Positions 21,835 through 31,002 of a stretch of 64,000 nucleotides of DNA are shown here, one piece after another. Under the pieces are notes generated by a model that was not told the DNA's origin, made no database searches, and worked only from the letters and a program-made list of their open reading frames with translations. The stretch's first letter is position 1; every line of letters begins with the position of its first letter. The position numbers and the translations under genes are program-made. This DNA is from an uncultured Acidimicrobiaceae bacterium (GTDB lineage: Bacteria; Actinomycetota; Acidimicrobiia; Acidimicrobiales; SZUA-35), in assembly GCA_947259095.1 (NCBI GenBank), contig CAMYLA010000011.1:516-64515 (forward strand). Direction: 5' to 3'.

Positions 21835-24303
21835 TCAGGCCCTCGGCTTCTCGTTGGTCGGGTCGTAGGCGGCATTGGCCAAGACCGTCGCCCTCCGCCG
21901 CTCCCCCAGGAGTTTGATCTCGAAGGTGGTGCCGGGCTGTTTGTAGCGGGGTTCGACGTAGGCGAAGGCCAGGCCCTTGCCGACGGTGTGGCCCCAGGTC
22001 CCGGAGGTGGTGAGGCCGATCAGCCGGTCGCCGTCGTGGATCGGTTCGTTGCCCCGGCAGTCGTTGGCCGCAGGCCGACCGTCTGCGGTTCGGGCGGGGC
22101 TGCCGTCCTCCGGTTCGGCCACCTCGCAGTAGACCAGGATCATGTCGATGTCGTCGCCCTTGGCCAGGCGGGCCTCGGTTGCCGGTTTGCCGATGAAGTC
22201 GGTGGTGTGGTCCACGAAGCGGCCGAGGTCGGCTTCCACCGGGGTGATCTCGGTGGTCAGCTCGGTTCCCATGGCCTTGTAGGCTTTCTCGATTCGCATG
22301 GTGTTCATGGCGTAGCTGCCGTAGTGGACCATGCCATGGGGTTCACCGGCGTCGACCAGGGCGTCGTACAGCTCGGCCATCCGGTCGATCGGGTGGTGCA
22401 GCTCCCAGCCGAGCTCGCCGATGTAGCTGACCCGCAGGGCGATGCACGGCACCCCGGCCACCTCGATCTCCTGGCCGGTCAGCCACCGGAATGCCGGGTT
22501 GCCGAGGTCGGCGTCGGTCAGCGGGTCCAGGATGTCGCGGGATCGAGGCCCGGCGACGGACAGGATCGCCAGCTGCTCGGTCCTGTCGGTCACGGTCACG
22601 TCCTCGCCGGGTGCGATGTGGTGGACCAGCCAGTCCCGGTCGTGGAACTGCATCGTGATGCCCGAGTTGAGGTAGAACCGTTCCGGGCCGAGCCGGGTCA
22701 CGGTCATCTCGGCCTCGATGCCCCCCTTGTCTGTCAGGAGGTGGGTGAGGCGGATACCGCCGTCGCCGGCCGGCATCCTGTTGGCCGCCAGCCGTTCGAG
22801 AAACGCCGCTGCGTCGGCTCCGGTGACCTCGAACTTGGAGAAGGCGGTGAGATCGGCGATACCGGCCCGCTCCCTGGTGGCCCGGCACTCCTCGCCCACC
22901 ACCTCGAACGCATTCGATCGACGGAACGAATGGTCCTCGGGCGAGCCGTCCGGCGAGAAGTACTGCGGCCGCTCCCAGCCGAAGGTCTCCATCCACTGGG
23001 CGTTCCGCTTTTCCAGCCGGTCGTGGATCGGGTCGGTTTTCTGGGGTCGTCCGGCGAACCTCTGCTCCCCCGGCAGCCGGGTCACGTACATCTCGTGGTA
23101 CTCGTCGATGGCCTTGTCGATGGCGTACCGGCCCCTGGGACCGCAGTGGTCACCGAACCGGCGGGGATCCATCTCGGCCACGTTGATCTCGGTTTGGCCG
23201 TGCACCATCCACTGGGCCAGGAATTTGCCCGCTCCCGGACCCTGGGTGACCCCGATCGAGGCCCCGGCACACAGCCAGTAGTTGTCGAACCCGGCCGCCG
23301 GCCCCATGAGATAGCCGGAATCGGGGGTGTGGGTGATCGGCCCGGAGATGACTTTCTTGATCCCGACCTCCTGGAACGGCGGGATCCGGTCGCCGGCGTC
23401 GATCAGGTGGGGCATGATCTGATCGACATCCGGTGGTGTCAGGTAGAAGTGTTTGTTCCACTCGATGCCGTCGACCCCGTAGATCTGGGCGTTCCGGGTT
23501 TCGTAGGGCCCGACCAGCAGGCTGTCGATCTCCCGCCGGTAGTACGAGGACACCCGGGGGTCGCGGACGATCGGCGGGTCGTAGTCGAGGGCCTGCATCT
23601 CGGGGAGGGTGTCGGTGATCAGGTACTGGTGGATCACCGAGACGATGGGTACCTCGACGCCGGCCATGGCCCCCACCTGCGGTGCGTAGCAGCCGGCAGC
23701 GTTCACCAGGTGGTCGCAGACGATGCGACCCTTGTCGGTGATGACCTCCCACCGGCCGTCGCCGAGCCGGTTGGTCTCGGTGACGAGGGTGTTCCGCTCC
23801 AGCTGTGAGCCAAGCTGGCGGGCTCCCTTGACCATGGCCGCCGTGGCACTGGACGGGTCGGACCAGCCGTCATTCGGGGTGTGGAACCCCAGCTTCACAT
23901 CGGAGACGTCCATGAACGGCCAGTAGCTCAGGATCTCGTCCTGGCCGATCAGATGGCTCTCGACGCCCACCAGCTCCAGCACCCCCTGCACGTGGTTGAA
24001 CCAGTCCACCTGCTCGTCGGTGATGGCGAGGCGGATGGCGCCGGTGCCGTGCCAGCCGCCGTGGAGCCCGGTCTCGGCCTCGATGGCGGCATACAACTCG
24101 GGAGCCACGGCATGGCACTTTGCCATGTTGAGGCTGCCGATGAAGTGCGGTATCAAGCCGGCGGCGTGCCAGGTCGACCCCGACGACAGCTCACCTTTTT
24201 CGATGAGCACCGTGTCGGTCCAACCCTCGTGGGCCAGGAAGTACATCAGCCCGGCCCCCATGGCGCCACCGCCGATGATCACGACCTGTGCTTGTTCACG
24301 CAT
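21835..24303 (-). CDS. dimethylglycine/sarcosine dehydrogenase-type enzyme (FAD DAO domain + GcvT folate-binding aminomethyltransferase domain)
   Basis: An 822-aa protein. Rossmann motif VVIIGGGAMGAG. SGSTWHAAGL contains the conserved His that carries covalent FAD in DMGDH/SARDH. The C-terminal half is GcvT-like. Confidence 0.9.
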   Translation of the reverse strand: MREQAQVVIIGGGAMGAGLMYFLAHEGWTDTVLIEKGELSSGSTWHAAGLIPHFIGSLNMAKCHAVAPELYAAIEAETGLHGGWHGTGAIRLAITDEQVDWFNHVQGVLELVGVESHLIGQDEILSYWPFMDVSDVKLGFHTPNDGWSDPSSATAAMVKGARQLGSQLERNTLVTETNRLGDGRWEVITDKGRIVCDHLVNAAGCYAPQVGAMAGVEVPIVSVIHQYLITDTLPEMQALDYDPPIVRDPRVSSYYRREIDSLLVGPYETRNAQIYGVDGIEWNKHFYLTPPDVDQIMPHLIDAGDRIPPFQEVGIKKVISGPITHTPDSGYLMGPAAGFDNYWLCAGASIGVTQGPGAGKFLAQWMVHGQTEINVAEMDPRRFGDHCGPRGRYAIDKAIDEYHEMYVTRLPGEQRFAGRPQKTDPIHDRLEKRNAQWMETFGWERPQYFSPDGSPEDHSFRRSNAFEVVGEECRATRERAGIADLTAFSKFEVTGADAAAFLERLAANRMPAGDGGIRLTHLLTDKGGIEAEMTVTRLGPERFYLNSGITMQFHDRDWLVHHIAPGEDVTVTDRTEQLAILSVAGPRSRDILDPLTDADLGNPAFRWLTGQEIEVAGVPCIALRVSYIGELGWELHHPIDRMAELYDALVDAGEPHGMVHYGSYAMNTMRIEKAYKAMGTELTTEITPVEADLGRFVDHTTDFIGKPATEARLAKGDDIDMILVYCEVAEPEDGSPARTADGRPAANDCRGNEPIHDGDRLIGLTTSGTWGHTVGKGLAFAYVEPRYKQPGTTFEIKLLGERRRATVLANAAYDPTNEKPRA

Positions 24304-24341
24304 ACTGGCTCCTCTCGAGAGGTCGGTGTCTGGTCGGCCCG

Positions 24342-26852
24342 CTACAGGCGGACTCGTTCGTTGCGAGGGTCGTAGAAGGAGCGGATCGACGGTGTTGCCG
24401 GGATGGCGACCGCCGCAACCTCGATCTCGAAGTCACCGTCGTCCAGCCACTGCTGGGTCACGCCGGCACCGCCGGCTTCATCATCGTCGGTCGGGCTCAG
24501 ATACCCCATCGCCAGGCAGCGACCCTCGGTGTAACTCCACATGCCGCCGGTGGTGCGACCGACCAGGACCCCGTTTCGTAGGATCGGTTCATCGTGATAC
24601 ACCAGCCGGTCGGCGTCCTCGAGGCGGAACTGGATCAGCCGCTTCATGCGAGGCTCGTCCCGTGTGGCCAACAGTGCCTGGCGGCCCCGGAAACCGCCTT
24701 GGCAATCCCAGGCAACGGCGAAACCGAGCCCGGCCTCGATCGGCGTGTCCTCGTCTGTGATGTCATGACCCCAGTGCCGGTAGCCGGCTTCGAGCCGCAG
24801 GCTGTTCATGGCGTGATACCCGGCATGGCGAAGGCCGTAGGCCGCACCGGCGTCGACCAGCGCATCATGGAGGCCCACCGCGTCGGCCCGGTCGATGTAG
24901 AGCTCCCAACCCAACTCGCCGACATAGGTCATCCGGATGGCGAAGACCTCGATCGCCCTGGGCCCGGTGCCGACGGCGATGGTCCTGGCCGTCCCGAACG
25001 GGAAGCCGTCGTTTGAGAGGTCGGCGTCGGTCAGCTTGGCCAGCACCGGTCTTGCCTTCGGTCCCATGAGGCCGAGCATGGCGATCTGCTCGGTGACGTC
25101 GGTGATGGTCAGGTTGCGGCCTCGAGCCGCCCGCCGGAGCAGAGCCATGTCCCGAGTGCCGGAGCCTGCGCCGGTGACGACGAAGAACCGGTCGTCGGCC
25201 CGCCGGGTGACGGTGAGATCGGCTTCGATGCCGCCCCGGTCGTTCAGCCACTGGGTGTAGACCGCCTTGCCGATCGGCACGTCGATCTCGTTGCCGCTGA
25301 TCCAGTTCAGCACCGGGAGGGCATCCGGGCCGGTGACCTCGGCCTTGACGAACGAGGTCTGGTCGAACAGCCCGACCGCCTGTCGCACCGCATCGCATTC
25401 GACACCGCTGGCCTCGAACCAGTTCTGCTTTCCCCAGGAGTACTGGTACTGGCGTTTCTGGTCCTCGACGGCGATCCAGTTTGGCCGCTCCCAGCCGGCC
25501 AGCTCCCCGAAAACGGCGCCGGCGGCCGCGAACCGCTGGTGCAAGGGCGAGCGACGCACATCACGGGCGCTCTCGTACTGCCGGAACGGCCAATGCATGG
25601 CGTAGAGCAGGCCGAGGCTCTCGGGGATGCGGGCATCGAGGTAGCCGGGTTCTCCCTGGAACGGGAAGGCCCGGCGGATGTCGACCGCGGAGAGATCCAT
25701 CGGTGGATGTCCGTCGATGATCCAGTCGGCCATGACCCACCCGACACCCCCCGCCGATTGGATGCCGACCGAGTTGAACCCGGCGGCCACGAAGCAGCGA
25801 TCGACCTCCGGCGACTCGCCGAGGTAGTAGACGCCGTCGGGGGTGAACGACTCCGGGCCGTTGAAGAACAGCTGCAGCCCCGCTTCGCCGAGGACCGGCA
25901 TACGGTGGATGGCCCGCTCGAAGATCGGGCCGACATGGTCCCAGTCCTCGGCCAGGGTGCCGAAGGCGAAGTCGCGGGGGACGCCGTCGAGGCACCAGAT
26001 CTTGCCCCGGGGTTCGAAGAACCCGGCCATGATCTTCCCGGTCTCCTCCTTGAAGTAGGTGTGGTTGGTCGGATCCCGAACCGTCGGCATGCCCTGGAGC
26101 ACGCCGTCGATCGGTTCGGTGACGATGTAGAAGTGCTCACAGGCCTGCAGCGGCACGTTCACCCCGATGGTGGCCGCCAGCTGCCTGGTCCACATCCCGC
26201 CGGCCAGGACCACGGTCTCTGCCTCGATCGGACCCCGCTCGGTGGTGACCCCGGTGATGCGCTCGTCGGTGACGGCCAGTCCGGTCACCGCCACCCCTTC
26301 GAACACCCGAGCCCCCCTTGCCTTGGCCCCCTTGGCCAGGGCCATGGTGGTGTCGACCGGTGAGGTGATGCCGTCCTGGGGCAGGTGGAGCGCCCCCACC
26401 AGGTCGTCGATGTTGAGCAGCGGGCACAGCTCCTTGGCCTGGTCGAGCTCGATCTCGTTAACCTCCACGCCGACGGTCCCGGCCATCGACTTGCCACGGA
26501 GCAGCTCCTCCCACCGCTGGGCGTCCGAGGCGACCGAGATCGACCCGGGGGCCCGGTAGCCTGTCGCCTGGCCGGTTTCGGCCTCGAGGTCCTCGAACAG
26601 TCGAGCGGAGTAGGTGGCCAGCCTGGTCAGGCTGTGGGACGACTTCAGCTGGCTGACCAACCCGGCGGCATGCCAGGTGGTGCCGGACGTGAGCTGCCCC
26701 TGCTCGACGATCACCACATCGGTCAGGCCCCGCCTGGTGAGGTGGTAGGCAATGGAGCAGCCGACGATGCCCCCACCGACGATGACCACTTCGGCCCGCT
26801 CCGGCAACGGCGACGGGGTCGACCCGGCGGTGTCGAATCCAGCCATGGTCAT
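24342..26852 (-). CDS. second dimethylglycine/sarcosine dehydrogenase-type paralogue (FAD DAO + GcvT domains)
   Basis: An 836-aa protein with VVIVGGGIVGCS and SGTTWHAAGL. It has the same architecture as the neighbouring paralogue. Confidence 0.9.
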   Translation of the reverse strand: MTMAGFDTAGSTPSPLPERAEVVIVGGGIVGCSIAYHLTRRGLTDVVIVEQGQLTSGTTWHAAGLVSQLKSSHSLTRLATYSARLFEDLEAETGQATGYRAPGSISVASDAQRWEELLRGKSMAGTVGVEVNEIELDQAKELCPLLNIDDLVGALHLPQDGITSPVDTTMALAKGAKARGARVFEGVAVTGLAVTDERITGVTTERGPIEAETVVLAGGMWTRQLAATIGVNVPLQACEHFYIVTEPIDGVLQGMPTVRDPTNHTYFKEETGKIMAGFFEPRGKIWCLDGVPRDFAFGTLAEDWDHVGPIFERAIHRMPVLGEAGLQLFFNGPESFTPDGVYYLGESPEVDRCFVAAGFNSVGIQSAGGVGWVMADWIIDGHPPMDLSAVDIRRAFPFQGEPGYLDARIPESLGLLYAMHWPFRQYESARDVRRSPLHQRFAAAGAVFGELAGWERPNWIAVEDQKRQYQYSWGKQNWFEASGVECDAVRQAVGLFDQTSFVKAEVTGPDALPVLNWISGNEIDVPIGKAVYTQWLNDRGGIEADLTVTRRADDRFFVVTGAGSGTRDMALLRRAARGRNLTITDVTEQIAMLGLMGPKARPVLAKLTDADLSNDGFPFGTARTIAVGTGPRAIEVFAIRMTYVGELGWELYIDRADAVGLHDALVDAGAAYGLRHAGYHAMNSLRLEAGYRHWGHDITDEDTPIEAGLGFAVAWDCQGGFRGRQALLATRDEPRMKRLIQFRLEDADRLVYHDEPILRNGVLVGRTTGGMWSYTEGRCLAMGYLSPTDDDEAGGAGVTQQWLDDGDFEIEVAAVAIPATPSIRSFYDPRNERVRL

Positions 26853-26892
26853 GAGTCACAAGCTACTCCGCCGACCCGGCTATGTCGATAGT

Positions 26893-26948
26893 TGCATATT
26901 CTGCATGTCAGGTATGCGTCTTGACTATGGCTGGTGAGCCGGTACGAT
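26893..26948 (+). promoter_or_regulatory. candidate LysR box plus lysR promoter in the divergent intergenic region
   Basis: This is an AT-rich island in a GC-rich genome. The dyad TGCA-TATTC-TGCA (26893-26905) fits T-N11-A. TTGACT (26921-26926), a 16-nt spacer and TACGAT (26943-26948) follow. The -10 element ends 6 nt before ATG 26955. Confidence 0.4.
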
Positions 26949-26954
26949 TCGGCA

Positions 26955-27932
26955 ATGAACTGGACGGCCCGGCAGCTCCGAGCGATCGTGGCCATCGCAG
27001 AGCGGCGCAACATCTCCCACGCCGCAGTGGAATTGCAGCTCACCCAGCCGACGGTCAGCCGTATGTTGTCACGGGTCGAGAGCGATCTCGGCCAGCCACT
27101 GTTCACCCGTGACGCCGGCGGGGCCACACCGACCGAGGCCGGGCTACGTTTCGCCGAACGGGCCGGCGAGGCGTTGCAGGCCCTCGACGACGTCACCGAC
27201 GAGATCCGATCGCTCGATGGCCGCCTGGTCGGCAAGATCTGTGTTGCGATGCCCGACACCGTCGGGCACTCGCTGTTCATCCCACTCATCGACCGCTTCG
27301 CCGGCATTCATCCCGACGTGGAGCTCCGGGTGATGGCCGCCCACCCCAACAGCGTACCCTTGGCCCTCATGGCCGGTGACGCCGACGTCGGGGTGGTGTC
27401 GAGCGCCCACAAGGACAACAACCTGATCACCACACCGCTGGCAAACGAGCACCTGCACCTCGTCGGAGCCGCCCCCCGACGACGGCGGCCGCCGCAACCC
27501 CGCAGCCGTGGGGCCGAAGCGCCGGTGATCGAACCGGTGGTCGAGACGGTGACGCTGGCGGAGGTGGCAGACCATGCACTGGCCCTGCCGGCCATCCAGC
27601 CCGGTCTCCGGGCGATCATCGACGCCGCCTTCGCCCAACGCCAACTCCGACCGAACGTGGTGCTGGAGGTGGACGCCGAGGACGCGCTGGTGGAGCTGAT
27701 CGAATCGGGGCGGGCCCATTCGATCATGAACTTCGCCGGCGTGCAGCGACTGGTCATCGAAGGCAGGCTGGTGGCCCGCCGGATCATCGATCCCCCCATC
27801 CAACGCCTGCTGTCGACCGCGGTGCCCGAGGGCCGCCAGACGACGAGGCTGATGCGGGCCGTCGAGCAGACCATCCACGAGCTGGCGTTCGAGCAGCGGG
27901 CTCGGGCCCAGTGGGAACCCTGGCAGGGTTGA
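26955..27932 (+). CDS. LysR-family transcriptional regulator
   Basis: The N-terminal wHTH reads LRAIVAIAERRNISHAAVELQLTQPTVSRMLSRVE. I prefer ATG 26955 as the start (possibly leaderless) over GTG 26934, which lies inside the putative promoter. Confidence 0.85.
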   Translation: MNWTARQLRAIVAIAERRNISHAAVELQLTQPTVSRMLSRVESDLGQPLFTRDAGGATPTEAGLRFAERAGEALQALDDVTDEIRSLDGRLVGKICVAMPDTVGHSLFIPLIDRFAGIHPDVELRVMAAHPNSVPLALMAGDADVGVVSSAHKDNNLITTPLANEHLHLVGAAPRRRRPPQPRSRGAEAPVIEPVVETVTLAEVADHALALPAIQPGLRAIIDAAFAQRQLRPNVVLEVDAEDALVELIESGRAHSIMNFAGVQRLVIEGRLVARRIIDPPIQRLLSTAVPEGRQTTRLMRAVEQTIHELAFEQRARAQWEPWQG

Positions 27933-27963
27933 GCGCGGTGAGTCGGCGGCGATCACTATCGGC

Positions 27964-28479
27964 TCAGGAGCGGGGCCTCCGGCCGACCGGGTCGCCCGGG
28001 GCGGCCGGAAGATCGTGGAACTGGACGTGGAAGCGGGCGTCGGCATCCGGCGTGATGCGGTGATCCCGGCGGGGCACGATCACCACCGGCCGACCGGGGA
28101 CCGCGGTTGCCGTCCACGGCGGCTCCTGCTCCTCGAACGCAACCGAGCCGCTGAGCACCACCAGTTCGGCCCAGGCATTGGTTCGATGCTCATCGAGCAG
28201 GGCCGGCGGCACCGAACGGTGGTCGAAGGTCGGGGTTCGACGGCCGATCGTCGTGCCGGCCGGGATGAGCCGCTCGTCGCAGAACCGGCAGTCGACCTGG
28301 GGCCGGCCACCGGCCTCGACGACGGCATCGACCTGGGGCCGGCCACCGGCCTCGACGATGGCGTCGGCCGGGCCGGCCGGGAGCTGGTGCCCGCAGTCGA
28401 GCTTGAGGACCGAATCGGCCGCCGAGCCGTCGTTCGAGGACGGGCCGGCCGGCGACCGGGACATCACTTCCCGGCGCAT
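27964..28479 (-). CDS. DUF1971/TehB-N-terminal-like small beta-barrel protein with a Cys-containing N-terminal extension
   Basis: The C-terminal part FDHRSVPPALLDEHRTNAWAELVVLSGSVAF resembles the DUF1971 pattern (H-x-T ... W ... L-x-V-L-x-G). ATG 28479 overlaps the TGA of the upstream monooxygenase gene as ATGA. The gene contains a 36-nt tandem duplication. Confidence 0.5.
   Translation of the reverse strand: MRREVMSRSPAGPSSNDGSAADSVLKLDCGHQLPAGPADAIVEAGGRPQVDAVVEAGGRPQVDCRFCDERLIPAGTTIGRRTPTFDHRSVPPALLDEHRTNAWAELVVLSGSVAFEEQEPPWTATAVPGRPVVIVPRRDHRITPDADARFHVQFHDLPAAPGDPVGRRPRS
28292..28363. repeat. 2 x 36-nt in-frame tandem duplication
   Basis: tcgacctggggccggccaccggcctcgacgacggca followed by tcgacctggggccggccaccggcctcgacgatggcg (33/36 identical). 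On the minus strand it encodes AIVEAGGRPQVD / AVVEAGGRPQVD. Confidence 0.9.
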
Positions 28480-29927
28480 CAGGCCCCGAGCCCCATCCGG
28501 GCCGCCAGCGCCTCGGTGGCCGACGTCAGCCCGTCGGCGTCGTCGACCACCGCCGCCACGTACCGGTCGGGGCGAACGATGACCGCCCCCCGGGGCGGCA
28601 ACAGCCCATCGAACAGCGGCGGCGCAACCTCGACAATCGCCGCGTCGACCGTCGACCACAGCCGCTCGACCGTCTCGGGGATCATCGAGCGGTCCCGGAC
28701 CAGGAGGGCGAAGCCGTGACCGAGCCGATCGTCGAAGAACCGGCCGTCGACGATCGGTTGGGGCATCTGTTTGCCGACCCGTGGGTGGTCGCCGTGGACA
28801 AGGCCGTGCCGCAGGTACGGGAACTCCCGGCCGCCCCCGTACGCAGCCTCGATGCCGACCCCACTGTCGATCCGCCCGGCCAGCTGATCGATCAGCCGGC
28901 CGGTCTCGACCGCATGGGCCACCATGTCGACCGCATGGGGCCGGCGCTCCTCGTCGTAGCTGTCGAGCAACCGTTCCGACGCCAGCCCTCGTCGCACCAG
29001 GTCGAGCTTCCAGGCCAGGTTGGCCGCATCCCGTATCCCCGAGCAGAGCCCCTGACCCAGGAACGGCGGCATCTGATGGGCCGCATCCCCGGCGAGGAAG
29101 ACCCGCCCCACCCGCATCCGCTCCGCAACCGTGGCGTGAAACCGGTAGACGACGGCCCGGCTGAGCTCGCCGTCGTCCGGGCCGAGCCAGCGGCCGATCA
29201 GCTCCCAGACCCGATCCGGTTTCGTCATCTCCTCGGCCGACTCCCCCGGCTGGAGCTGGAGCTCCCAGCGGCGGAAGTTGGCATGACCGGGAACCACCGT
29301 GACCGGGCGGGCCGGGTCGCAGATCTGTTGGGCGAGCCGGGGCATCGGGTCAGGGCCGTTGAGGGCCACATCGAACACCAACCAGTCCTGATCGAAACCC
29401 TGATCGATGAAGGCCACCCCCAGGGCCTTGCGGATCGGGCTCCCGGCACCGTCGGCCGCCACCACCCAGCGAGCCCGAACATCCCCGTCGCCGGTCTCCA
29501 CGGTGACGCCGTCGTCGTCCTGGCCGACACCGAACACCTCGACACCGAGGTGCAGTTCGGCGCCCGCCATCACGGCCGCGTCACGGAGCATGGCCTCCAA
29601 CCAGGGCTGGTGGTACATCACGGTCGGGTGATGGCCCAGGGGGCCCACCGTTCCCGGAGCGATGTCGCCGCCGACGATCCTGGTCCCCTCGGCATCGACG
29701 AACTCGGCTCCGTCAATCGGCGTTGTCAGCGATCGCAGCCGATCGACCAGCCCCGCATTCTGGAACACCCGTTGGATCTCGGCGTCCATCCCCACCGCCC
29801 GGGGCAGATCGTAGACGCCGGTGGCCCGTTCGAAGAGCCGGACCGAGCAACCCCGATCGGCCAGCAACAGGGCCGCGGCGACCCCGACCGGGCCGCCGCC
29901 GATGATCGCCACATCAACACTGTTCAT
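28479..29927 (-). CDS. FAD-dependent aromatic-ring monooxygenase (MhpA / PheA-TfdB family)
   Basis: Motifs VDVAIIGGGPVGVAAALLL and GDAAHQMPPFLGQGLCSGIRDAANLAWKL. Confidence 0.85.
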   Translation of the reverse strand: MNSVDVAIIGGGPVGVAAALLLADRGCSVRLFERATGVYDLPRAVGMDAEIQRVFQNAGLVDRLRSLTTPIDGAEFVDAEGTRIVGGDIAPGTVGPLGHHPTVMYHQPWLEAMLRDAAVMAGAELHLGVEVFGVGQDDDGVTVETGDGDVRARWVVAADGAGSPIRKALGVAFIDQGFDQDWLVFDVALNGPDPMPRLAQQICDPARPVTVVPGHANFRRWELQLQPGESAEEMTKPDRVWELIGRWLGPDDGELSRAVVYRFHATVAERMRVGRVFLAGDAAHQMPPFLGQGLCSGIRDAANLAWKLDLVRRGLASERLLDSYDEERRPHAVDMVAHAVETGRLIDQLAGRIDSGVGIEAAYGGGREFPYLRHGLVHGDHPRVGKQMPQPIVDGRFFDDRLGHGFALLVRDRSMIPETVERLWSTVDAAIVEVAPPLFDGLLPPRGAVIVRPDRYVAAVVDDADGLTSATEALAARMGLGA

Positions 29928-29937
29928 CGTTTCACGC

Positions 29938-30777
29938 TCACTTGCAGGTGTTGACCATCGTGCCGATGCCCTCGACCGATGACGTGATCACGTCGCCGGG
30001 CCGAAGGAATGTCTTCGACGCCGCCCCGACGCCGGCCGGCGTGCCGGTGAAGATGACGTCGCCGACATCGAGGGTGACGATGGCCGACAGATACTCGATC
30101 AGCTCGGCCACGGAGAAGATCAGGCTGGTGGTCCGGTCGGCCTGTTTCGCCACGCCGTTGATGTCGCAGGTGATGGCGAGGTCGGTGGGATCGTGGAATG
30201 AGTCGGTCGACACCAACACCGGCCCCATCGGGCCGTAGGTGTCGCGGGACTTGCCGAGGTCGAAGTGCGGGGGCTTGGCTGCGAACTGGAGCCGGCGATC
30301 GCTGACATCCTGGCCGACGGTCAGGCCCAGCACGTGGTCCCAGGCCGATGCGGCGGCGATGTCGCGACCCGGGGTGCCGATGACGGCCACCAGCTCCACC
30401 TCCCAGTCTGCGGTCTCTGACCGCAGCTCTACGTCGTCGTTGGGGCCGACGATGCAGCTGGCGAACTTGGCGAACACCAGCGGTCGCTCCGGCAGCTCCA
30501 TATTGGACTCCTCGGCATGGGGCCGGTAGTTCAGGCCGATGCCGAACACGTTGCGAGGGGTGGGAACCGGCGAGCCAAGCATGGCCTGACCGAGCGCGCC
30601 GTCGGCGGTGGCATCGGCCAGCCCTGCCGCCGCTCGATCGAGGGCTGGGGCGTCACCGATGGCAGCCATCGGATCGGACGAGACCGCCCCGGCGGTCAGC
30701 CGTTCGAGGTCGTACCAGCGGTCGTCGACATCGACGAGCGCCGACCGGCCGGCAACGTTGGCGAAGCGGAAGGGCAT
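29938..30777 (-). CDS. fumarylacetoacetate hydrolase (FAH) family protein
   Basis: FAH-family pattern: PLVFAKFASCIVGP, EVELVAVIG and GDVIFTGTPAGVG. The start is set at ATG 30777, with AGGAGAG upstream. Confidence 0.85.
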   Translation of the reverse strand: MPFRFANVAGRSALVDVDDRWYDLERLTAGAVSSDPMAAIGDAPALDRAAAGLADATADGALGQAMLGSPVPTPRNVFGIGLNYRPHAEESNMELPERPLVFAKFASCIVGPNDDVELRSETADWEVELVAVIGTPGRDIAAASAWDHVLGLTVGQDVSDRRLQFAAKPPHFDLGKSRDTYGPMGPVLVSTDSFHDPTDLAITCDINGVAKQADRTTSLIFSVAELIEYLSAIVTLDVGDVIFTGTPAGVGAASKTFLRPGDVITSSVEGIGTMVNTCK

Positions 30778-31002
30778 GGGTTCTCTCCTGTGGTTGACCG
30801 ATGTTGGCGGCGCCATGGGCCGGCGCAGGCCGGCAGGTGTTGATCGCTCGAGTGTTCACGGCCGGAAGCGGCTTGGCTGCGCCCGGCGCCGGACACCCGA
30901 TCTTGGCCCAACCGCATCGGGGTGGCCAGCCGAACCGGTCCGTCTGGCCGAAACCGATCTCCGTTGCCGGCCCCAGGCGCCGTCTCCGGGTGGCATCATG
31001 TG

